Assembly: GCF_006345805.1 (NCBI RefSeq)
Contig: NW_021825976.1
Location: 1-13,964 of the forward strand
Source of the DNA: Octopus sinensis
Taxonomy: Eukaryota
DNA: 13,964 nt
Reading direction: 5' to 3'
Numbering within the stretch: the stretch's first letter is position 1; the number at the start of each line of letters is the position of its first letter. Made by a program: the position numbers and the translations under genes. The notes beneath the pieces are model-generated. The model did no database searches. It was not told where the DNA came from and saw only the letters and a list, made by a program, of their open reading frames with translations. Below are positions 1 to 8,869 of the stretch, one piece after another.

Positions 1-140
1 AAGAAGAAGAGAAAAAGAAGAAGAAGAAAGAAGAAGAAGAAGAAGAAGAAGAGAAGAAGAGAAGAAGAAGAAGAAGAAGAGAAGAAGAAGAAGAAAGAAG
101 AGAAGAAGAAGAAGAAGAAGAAGAAGAAGAATGAGAAGAA
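1..140. repeat. (GAA)n trinucleotide microsatellite, running off the left edge of the window
   Basis: Nearly uninterrupted AAG/GAA units with a few single-base slips. Confidence 0.97.
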
Positions 141-458
141 AATTCGATTAGAGTCGCTGATTAGTTGCACAACATATTTTCTCTGTGGATCTTTTAAACA
201 CACCGGTTTCATTAGTGGACATTACACTTTATATAAATTCTATTGAAGAATTTATATGAAGAAAGTGTTTAATCCTTCCCTCTGTATTATATTCCCCTCA
301 TTCTTATATCGATAACATGAGTTTGCAGAATTTACCAATGCTTTTCATATGTTTATTGTCATTTTTATTGTCGTCATTCATATGGAATCCAAAAAAGAAA
401 TCTACACCAAACCATACGTTTGCGACAAGAATATACTACAACATCTCTGAAATGAGAC

Positions 459-580
459 AAAACCGCCGAGGTGAACATTACTTTTCATTCTTATGAGTCG
501 ATAAAATGCAGTTGCAGTCAAGTACTGGGGCCGATGTAATCGTCTTGCTTCTTCTGTCTGTCAAAAATGGCTGGCCTGGA
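459..580 (+). mobile_element. Old, degenerate fragment of the tRNA-derived SINE family seen at 1217 and 6814 (core plus tail-B type)
   Basis: AAAACCGCCGAGGTGAACATTACTTTTCATTC...GAGTCGATAAAATG...AGTACTGGGGCCGATGTAATCG aligns by eye to AAATTCCGCCGAG(G)TCGACTTTGCCTTTCATCC...GGGGTCGAT...ACTGGGGTCGAT(A/G)TAATCG of the young copies. AAAAATGGCTGGCCTGG resembles the tail at 7224-7240. Confidence 0.7.
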
Positions 581-883
581 CCTCATCCAGTAGAATGTCG
601 TGAGCTTGGTCACTTACACGCTATAAAACTGAGCTACAAACTTTATGAGTTCCGCGGCTCAATAAAAGTAAAAATAAAGATAAAAACACAATAATTACAA
701 GTATGAAGACCTGTAAACATGATGCGATAATCAATATGGTTTACAAATTCGATTTCCAAGCCTTTGAGTCGTAAACATAACAGCTACAACAATTACGCTT
801 GCCATACCGGCATAACACACTGCCACCGACCCAAAATGCATTTACAACAAGAACTAATTACAATGCACTACACTAGGTACAAT

Positions 884-1030
884 GTGCGTAGCCTAGTATT
901 TAAGTAGTTCGGTTCAAGATCATAAAGTTGTCGGTTCAAATCCAGAACCGAATACCGCATTGGTCCTTGAGCAAGGCACTTTATTTCAAGTTGCTCTAGA
1001 CTGTTCAGTTGCAATGAGTACCATCCTGAT
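884..1030 (+). mobile_element. 5' part of a tRNA-derived SINE with a CORE-like central domain, degenerate
   Basis: A-box-like GTAGCCTAGTATT (~888) and B-box GGTTCAAATCC (933-943), followed by GTCCTTGAGCAAGGCACTTTATTTC, which resembles the CORE-SINE motif (TGACCTTGGGCAAGTCACTT). Family assignment is from memory. Confidence 0.7.
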
Positions 1031-1042
1031 GCTGTTGCAGTG

Positions 1043-1102
1043 CTCTCTCTCTCTCTCTTTATCTATCTATCTCTCCCTCCCTCCCTCCCTCCCTCCCTCC
1101 CC
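1043..1102. repeat. (CT)n/(CTAT)n/(CCCT)n compound microsatellite
   Basis: Direct reading of the sequence. Confidence 0.9.
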
Positions 1103-1216
1103 TGCAACTGTCATACTCTGAGTGTTCTGCTGAGTCCGCACCAAAACAAGTAACGAAACCATGTATATTTGACCAAACCGTACTCTACATTGAATCACAG
1201 TAGGTATAGTAATACC

Positions 1217-1631
1217 ATAAGGCGGTGAGGTGGCAGAATCGTTAGCACGCCGGGTGAAATGATTAGCAGTATTTCGTCTGCCGTTACGTTCTGAGTTCAA
1301 ATTCCGCCGAGTTGACTTTGCCTTTCATCCTTTCGGGGTCGATTAAATAAGTACCAGTTACGCACTGGGGTAGTTGTAATCGACTTAATCCGTTTGTCTG
1401 TCCTTGTTTGTCCTCTCTGTGTTTAGCCTCTTGTGGGTAGTAAAGAAATAGGTATTTCGTCTGCCTTTACGTTCCGAGTTCAAATTCTGCCGAGTCGACT
1501 TTGCCTTTCATCCTTTCGGGGTCGATTAAATCAGTACCAGTTACGCACTGGAGTCGATATAATCGACTTAATCCGTTTGTCTATCCTTGTTTGTTCTCTC
1601 TGTGTTTAGCCCCTTGCAGGTAGTAAAGAAA
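1217..1631 (+). mobile_element. Young tRNA-derived SINE: one head plus two 183 bp body units, flanked by a 16 bp TSD
   Basis: TSD TAGGTATAGTAATACC at 1201-1216 and 1632-1647. A-box TGGCAGAATCG at 1231-1241 and B-box-like GAGTTCAAATTCC at 1293-1305. GTAT unit starts at 1269, 1452 and 1635 are spaced exactly 183 bp apart. Confidence 0.92.
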
Positions 1632-1869
1632 TAGGTATAGTAATACCTCACGAAATGAAACTAGATAGGAAAACAGTAGTAGAAAATACATCTGCCGTGA
1701 ATGTTGTTGCCGTTATGATAGACGTGGCAGCTGCTGATGAATGAAAATGTATTTCTTTGGCTGCTTCTAGAAGTAACTAACACTGACGATCAATTCATAG
1801 ATTTTATTACTTCTCATAGTGTTTATTGGGTTGGTCTTTTAACAAATACTAGCAGTGATTATTACTTAC

Positions 1870-2069
1870 CGGGGGTGACATACTGCTTGGGGTGTACGAC
1901 AATTTAACTTGTGTAACAATCTGCAGCTGACCCATCGCAACTGACACATACTTGCGCTATATTCGTGGTAACAAAATCTCTGTCTTCTATCTGCCATTGG
2001 CTGATGGTGAATAAGAATGGAGATGTCAAGTGGATGTCTCAAGATTTTGTGATTGTCGCTACAACCCAT
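1870..2069 (-). CDS. Candidate first coding exon (MGCSDNHKILRHPLDISIL...AVCHP-), unknown product
   Basis: 66 open codons from ATG at 2069 end at a consensus 5' splice site CG|GTAAGT (GT at 1869-1868, minus strand). CCAAT/CRE-like motifs lie ~60 bp upstream. No recognisable homology. Confidence 0.2.
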
Positions 2070-2455
2070 CGTTATTTAGGGCTCAATGGGTAAATGCTAG
2101 AAAGTCGAATCACGCAATGGCTTGACGTTGATTGGTCGCTTAATCGGCCGATCGCGTGAAACGACTGTGGTCTCATCCTGTTCGGCTACCTATCGATTCG
2201 GTTTTGAATCCACTACACACACACACACACACACACGCATATTTACATATACTACACAATTATACATATAATAACCCATCGTTATTTAGGGCTCAATGGG
2301 TAAATGCTAGAAAGTCGAATCACGCAATGGCTTGACGTTGATTGGTCGCTTAATCGGCCGATCGCGTGAAACGACTGTGGTCTCATCCTGTTCGGCTACC
2401 TATCGATTCGGTTTTGAATCCACTACACACACGCATATTTACATATACTACACAA
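2063..2455. repeat. Tandem duplication: copy 1 at 2063-2259, 13 bp spacer, copy 2 at 2273-2455
   Basis: The copies read identically except for (AC)11 versus (AC)4. Spacer is TTATACATATAAT (2260-2272). Confidence 0.95.
2100..2200 (-). promoter_or_regulatory. CpG-dense promoter-like segment (second copy at ~2310-2410)
   Basis: About a dozen CpGs in 100 bp within AT-rich DNA. TGACGT at 2123-2128, ATTGG (CCAAT on minus) at 2131-2135, palindrome ATCGGCCGAT at 2143-2152 and DRE-like TATCGATT at 2191-2198. Confidence 0.3.
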
Positions 2456-2797
2456 AACTTCGCACAAAGACTAAAGATTAATGATGAATATAACACATGT
2501 AGCAGAGCGAACTTCTAAAACAAACAATCGTGCTCACGTTTCTCATCTCGCTTTTTATCATGTTTCCTCATAGACCAGCATCTTGGTCTTTTTTTTATAT
2601 ATTTCTAATGCTATGAACAGCGCCCGAAGATTGCTCAAAGATACGTTATACTAATCTACGAATTTAATGTATCTGAAAGCATGAAACTATTAGTAGCAAT
2701 TTTGTAATTGTGAGTATTAAATGATATTTATCTCTCTATAGATGAAGTACCTTTTTGTTGATCCTGCCTATAATGGAACTATAAACTATGCACTTTC

Positions 2798-2885
2798 ATA
2801 TATATATGTGAGTGTGTGTGTGTGTATGTGCATGTGTGTGTGCGTGAGTATATGCGTTTGTATGTGTGTGTGTGTATGTGAGTGA

Positions 2886-2954
<69 letters not shown>

Positions 2955-2990
2955 CTTATACGTATAGAGTCATGTGTATGTGTATATGTT
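2798..2990. repeat. (TG)n/(TA)n compound microsatellite with a pure (TA) run at 2887-2940
   Basis: Direct reading. Confidence 0.95.
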
Positions 2991-3710
2991 TCATAGATAA
3001 AATAGAGCAGCGTGGAAATTGAAGGAAGAAAAGAAGAAAATGGTTATAAATGAATGAAAAAGGAAGAAGGAATTAAAGGGAATGATTTTAAAATAACTTG
3101 CAGAAAGAAACGAAGAAATAACATTTTCGTAGTTAGTTTTTAACATTTTTTAAAATAATTTTTTTTCCTTTCCTTTATTCGTTTTGTTCTTTTATATTTT
3201 TATTTCATTCAATCATTGTTATATTCTAGGATATTCTAAACTGGACGAAGGAACCGCTAAAAACTGTTGGCGGATGTTGCACTAATGGTAGCAGCATCGG
3301 TAAAGATGGCGGTGGAGTAAGAAGTGGGTAGCGGAAGTAGAAGAGGAGAAAAAGAAAGAGCTAGAAAAAGAAGGTAAAAGGAAGATGGAAGAAAATGTGA
3401 TGATGCGAGGCGGGGGTTGGATGGCGACTGGAGTATGTATACATATTTTTGTCTCAACAACATCCCTCCTCCCCCGAAAAATGTTGCCCGAAGCGGCAAC
3501 AATGCGATCGCGCCTTAATGGTTTTATGAACCATTCCATATCAATGCCAACTTGCGTTTTTATATAACCATTTAAAAACCAGCATGGCCGCCGTGTCCGT
3601 CAAGTTTTCCTGTTGAATTATATTCCACAATATGTCTTAACTTCTGTTTCCTTTTCTCCATGCCTCTGGCTAAATTCCTTCCCGGATTAGCGAGTCAAAG
3701 TGTATCTCGA

Positions 3711-4630
<920 letters not shown>

Positions 4631-5066
4631 GTCTGTTTATGTAATTGTATATCCTAGCTTCTCATGTTTGCAAGAGGAAACAGAGGTGAGCGCAGTGTTA
4701 ATAAATATATGATGTATAATGGTGTATAATGGTGTGTATATAGCAAATGTCGTAATTGAGAGTAAAGACATTGTTGCTGCGATTTTGTAAAATAGGGGAC
4801 AGAGGAAGAGAAAGGAAAACAAGTAAACCTGCTACAAACAAAATACAATTCACATTAAGACAACTAGGGAGCCTCCATGTGGTCGGTCGATTTTGCTAAA
4901 AATAGAAACGAAATCTGCCCCAGGACACACCTTGCCTTCTTTTTTAAAAAAAAATGTGTTTTTTTTTTCGCCTATGCAGAAACTGCTTCTGGGTTGTCCT
5001 TTCTTTAAGAAATGGCAGCTTATTCTTCTTCCGATCATACGTTTTTATCTCGAAAATTGAAGGTAT

Positions 5067-5177
5067 TTTGTGCTAACAAATGTGTCAATTTGTGCTAACA
5101 AATTTGTGCTAACAATTTGTGCTAACAATTTGTGCTAACAATTTGTGCTCACAAATGGGTCAATTTTGTGCTAACAA
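5067..5177. repeat. Minisatellite of seven copies of the 13-mer TTTGTGCTAACAA
   Basis: Copies start at 5067, 5089, 5103, 5116, 5129, 5142 (variant CTCACAA) and 5165. Two are followed by a 9-10 bp linker ATG(T/G)GTCAA(T). Confidence 0.93.
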
Positions 5178-5388
5178 ATATGTCTTTCTTGCTAGAAATA
5201 ACATTAAAACTACTTTACACCAAAACTGTCTTTAAGTAACAAAAGGCTTCGAAACTAACGAATGAACCTCTATATGGACACACTACCTGCAAGAAATAGC
5301 AACGAGCTCTCTCCAATATTAACTTAACCATTCTGACAGTGAAAAAATGGTCTCATGAACAAAAAAATAAACGAGAAATTCTTGACAA

Positions 5389-5441
5389 TGTATATACATG
5401 TATATATATATATATATGTGTATGGATATATATATATATAT

Positions 5442-5482
<41 letters not shown>
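5389..5482. repeat. (TA)n microsatellite, interrupted
   Basis: Direct reading. Confidence 0.93.
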
Positions 5483-5485
<3 letters not shown>

Positions 5486-5657
5486 AATATAATTCCAAAC
5501 TTACAGGGAAAATTCAATTTCGCCATACAGGCTGTCTACTTTTAGTGGTCCATTCTCTAAATTTTGTATGTAAAAAAATTTTTCGTCTTCAGATTTTTTT
5601 GAAATATGCTAGGCCACTGGTTTTAATTGATTAATAATCAATTTATACCCTTATTTA

Positions 5658-5660
<3 letters not shown>

Positions 5661-5710
<50 letters not shown>
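5661..5710. repeat. (TA)25 microsatellite
   Basis: Direct reading. Confidence 0.95.
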
Positions 5711-5713
<3 letters not shown>

Positions 5714-5719
5714 CATCAC

Positions 5720-5761
5720 AACTGTCCGACGAATGGAAACGTGAAACTCTGAGCAACAGTT
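5720..5761 (+). ncRNA. Degenerate minimal type I hammerhead-ribozyme-like motif (Penelope/retrozyme type)
   Basis: Stem I AACTGT (5720-25)/ACAGTT (5756-61) is a perfect 6 bp. Core CCGACGA versus consensus CUGANGA. Stem II ATG-GAAA-CGT, then GAAA (5743-46), palindromic stem III CTC-T-GAG, and CA at the UH site. There are two core substitutions (U4C, U16.1C). Confidence 0.5.
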
Positions 5762-5854
5762 TCGTGTAAATTCTGCAACTTTAATAAAAGCATATTACTC
5801 TACCTTTGGTATTCGAGTACTATCTTTTCCACCTTGTTTTGCATTTATATGCTC

Positions 5855-6070
5855 ACCTGTACGTGTGTGTATGTGTCTGTGCATTCGTGTATGTGTGTTT
5901 ATGTGTGCACGTGTCTGTATCTGTGTCTTTGCATGACTTTGTGTCTGTGCGTGTGTGTGAGAGAATGTGTGTGTATATTTTTGTGTGTGTGTGTGTGTAT
6001 ACATACAATGTACACTTGTGGTGTAGGTGTGTTTGAATGTGTGTGTGTATGTGAGAGAGATAGAGAGAGA
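5855..6070. repeat. Degenerate (TG)n then (AG)n microsatellite
   Basis: Direct reading. Confidence 0.9.
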
Positions 6071-6511
6071 GTAAACGAAGCAGCGCTAAACGCATTTGGT
6101 TGGTGTTATATGTGTTAAATAACAATTTGGCTCAGTTTTATACCACTTAAAGTTTAGTCCAACTCATCAGATGTTCGGTGAATGGCGGCGGGTATTTAAA
6201 ATAAATTTAAAATGGCTTCTCGGTTTTCGATGTCGCTATCTGTAAGTTCACATCGCATGCATGTTTATACTATCATTACGAACAATTATTTTACAGTTAG
6301 TTCCTAATGGTGCAAAAACGACGCTGCCGTTATTTTGTCCCTCGACTTGAAGAAAACAGTAGCCAAAATATACCTAAAATCCCGCTTTAAGCAATTAGAA
6401 AACAAGAAAGAAATGAAATATTGAATGATCACGGATTCTCAGTCGCGACTGACGAGTGACTCAGCGGCACAAAAACTCTCTGCTATATTAGCATTAACTC
6501 TAAATATTATA

Positions 6512-6785
6512 TGTCTTTTATTACCCACAAGGGTAACGGCAGACGAAATACCTATTTCTTTACTACTCACAAGGGGCTAAGCACAGAGAGGACAAACAAG
6601 GACAGACAAACGGATTAAGCCGATTATATCGACCCCAGTGCGTAATTGGTACTTAATTAATCGACCCCAAAAGGAGGAAAGGCAAAGTCGACCTCGGCGG
6701 AATTTGAACTCAGAACGTAACGGCAGACGAAATACGGCTACGCATTTAGCCGGGCGTGCTAACGATTCTGCCAGCTCGCCGCCTT
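6512..6785 (-). mobile_element. Young tRNA-derived SINE of the same subfamily as 1217-1631, flanked by a 19 bp TSD
   Basis: TSD ATTAACTCTAAATATTATA at 6493-6511 and 6786-6804. The reverse complement starts AAGGCGGCGAGCTGGCAGAATCGTTAGCACG and is ~90% identical by eye to 1219-1470. It has one full unit plus an internally deleted second unit. Confidence 0.92.
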
Positions 6786-6813
6786 ATTAACTCTAAATAT
6801 TATAATTAGATAT

Positions 6814-7036
6814 AAGATGGCAAGCCGACAGAATCGTTAAAGCGATGTGCAAAATGCTTAGCGGTATTTCATGCCTTTACTTTCTGAGTTCAAATTCCGA
6901 CTCTGCTTTTCATTCGATTGTGGTCGATAAAATAAGTACTTTTTGGGCTCTGAAGTCAATGTAATCGATTTACCCCCACCACACCCCGCCACCTCGAAAT
7001 TGATGATATTACGCCAGAATTTGAAATTGATATTAT
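6814..7036 (+). mobile_element. Older SINE copy with the same head and core but a different (tail-B) 3' end
   Basis: AAGATGGCAAGCCGACAGAATCGTTA head, TTCTGAGTTCAAATTCCG B-box region, GGTCGATAAAATAAGTAC and GTAATCGATTTACCCCC core, ending CAGAATTTGAAATTGATATTAT. Confidence 0.78.
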
Positions 7037-7046
7037 GAATTGAATT

Positions 7047-7263
7047 AAGGCCGCGAGTTAGCAGGATCGTTAACATGCCGGACCAGATGCTTAGCGGCAT
7101 TCTGTCCATCTTTGTCTGCTGAACTCACATTCCACCGAGGTCCAGTATGCCTTTCGCCATTTCGGGATTTATAGAAGTAACAGTTGAGTACTAAGGTCAA
7201 TGCAAACTACTTATCTCTCCCCCGAAATGCTGACCTTGATCCAAAATATGAAATCAATATTAT
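7047..7263 (+). mobile_element. Older, more degenerate SINE copy (tail-B type)
   Basis: AAGGCCGCGAGTTAGCAGGATCGTTAACATGCCGGACCAGATGCTTAGCGGCATT head, ATTCCACCGAGGTC, GTTGAGTACTAAGGTCAATG, and tail CCCCCGAAATGCTGACCTTGATCCAAAATATGAAATCAATATTAT. Confidence 0.75.
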
Positions 7264-7375
7264 AAACAGATTCTCTTTGGTTAGCGTGTTTCCCATTCGT
7301 TTCATTTGTTTCTTAGATTAATATCATTAACATGGCCCCCTTATTACTTATATTGTTTTTGCTATTTATATTCAG

Positions 7376-7495
7376 ATGCCGCCTGCCCGCAAGGACGAGA
7401 CTTACAACGAAAGATACTTTCCAATCTTGATCATTCCATATCTTACTCTTTATATTTTGTTGCTGCCGTTCTTGTTAGACTGCATTAACGATTAA
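7376..7495 (+). CDS. Candidate terminal coding exon with a hydrophobic C-terminus (frame unresolved)
   Basis: Pyrimidine-rich tract ending TTCAG at 7375. The phase-0 frame gives MPPARKDETYNERYFPILIIPYLTLYILLLPFLLDCIND* (stop 7493-95). The phase-1 frame gives xAACPQGRDLQRKILSNLDHSISYSLYFVAAVLVRLH* (stop 7486-88). T-richness alone could explain the hydrophobicity. Confidence 0.2.
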   Translation: MPPARKDETYNERYFPILIIPYLTLYILLLPFLLDCIND

Positions 7496-7584
7496 ATCCC
7501 TCCATTTTTAATATGGTTTAATGTAATTAGATGATTTGGATACTATTTCTAACAGAGTAGAATGCACACTTAGTCTGTTTTATG

Positions 7585-8080
7585 TGTTTATATTTTGAAC
7601 ATATACATACATATATGTGTATGTGTGTATGTGTAAGTGTGTTGTGTGTATGTGTATAGGTGTGTTTGTATGTGGGCGTATATATATATATGTGTGTGTG
7701 TGTGGGGTTATGCATGCATGTATATATATATATATATAGATATATATATATGTATGTATGCATGTATATTTACACATTCCCAGATAGGTGCATATGGACA
7801 TACACTCATCGTTACAAACATAAATGCACGCATACAAACATGTATGTGCATGTACAAGATTTCATATATATGTCATGTGGAGTAAGATGCATATGTGTAT
7901 GTGTGTGTACTTGTGTGTGTATGTGCATGTGAATGTTTTTGTGCATATATGCATATACATATATGCATGTATTTAGGTAAGTATGCACGAATATACACAC
8001 ATGCCTAAGTGTGTGTGTGTGTGTGTGTTTGTGTTTGTGTGTGTGTGTGTATGTGTGTGTATTTGTGTGTGTGTGTGTTT

Positions 8081-8119
<39 letters not shown>

Positions 8120-8217
8120 GTGTGTATGTGTGTATGTGTGTGTGGCGTGTGTGTTGTGTGTACGCGCATGGGTGTCTCTGTGAAAGAGCAAAATATACGT
8201 ATGTACACATACACACA

Positions 8218-8248
<31 letters not shown>

Positions 8249-8455
8249 GTACAAACACACATACATGCTTGTATATATGTATGTATGTATGGGTGTGTAT
8301 GCATGTGTATGCGCGTGTGTGCATGTTTTTTTATGAATGTTCATGTAAGCGTGTATACAAATATACAAGCAATTGTGTACGGATACGTCTATTTCTAAGT
8401 GTGACTATATACATGTATATGCATGCACATGTGTGTTTGTGCATGTGTGCGTGCT

Positions 8456-8492
<37 letters not shown>
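7585..8492. repeat. Large mosaic (TG)/(TA)/(CA)/(TATG) low-complexity block
   Basis: Direct reading. This block is the source of the CV/HT-rich ORFs in the track. Confidence 0.93.
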
Positions 8493-8496
<4 letters not shown>

Positions 8497-8838
8497 GACG
8501 GAAGCAGTAGTGCTTTGCGATTTTAGCATTAAGTTATTAATTGACTGGTAATTATAAACTCCAGCCAACACACTGCATCCGCCCATCACCCTCTCGTCGT
8601 CACCGCCTCCCTCTCCTCCCTTTCCCATGCTTCACCCTTTGTCCACCGCTTCTCTTCCTCTCTCTCTCTCCCTCTTCCGCACACACACACACACTTCGCT
8701 GAACCTTTTCATTTTTTCTTACCTCACATGCTCCGTTCATCTCTATCTCCCTTTATCCCTTTATCTCCTCTCTATTTTTGCAGACACATACACACCCATA
8801 CATACATATACACAAGCATGTATGTGTGTTTGTACGTG

Positions 8839-8869
<31 letters not shown>

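Noticed and set aside
1217-1310. tRNA genes at SINE heads (also 884-945 and 11273-11345)
   Set aside because: A/B boxes are present, but I could not fold a complete cloverleaf. Each head continues into a repeat body, and one element has a TSD.
1734-1750. CTGATGA followed by GAAA as a hammerhead core
   Set aside because: Only 2 nt separate the motifs, so stem II cannot form, and stems I and III are absent.
1862-1885. Resemblance of TACTTACCGGGGG to the U1 snRNA 5' end
   Set aside because: The similarity stops after about 9 nt and is better explained as the complement of a GTAAGT splice donor.
3230-3373. 144 bp internal coding exon (TTCTAG acceptor to AAG|GTAAAA donor)
   Set aside because: All three frames contain stop codons. 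It is kept only as a possible non-coding or terminal exon.
4711-4740. Three copies of a 10-mer, G(A/G)TGT(A/G)TA(AT)
   Set aside because: This is a short slippage repeat with no further structure.
5067-5177. CRISPR-like repeat array
   Set aside because: The repeats are 13 bp and mostly directly adjacent, with no unique spacers and no cas genes, in a eukaryotic context.
6449-6480. CTGACGA-GTG...CAC as a hammerhead core with stem II
   Set aside because: It is followed by AAAA rather than GAAA, and no stem I or III partner is visible.
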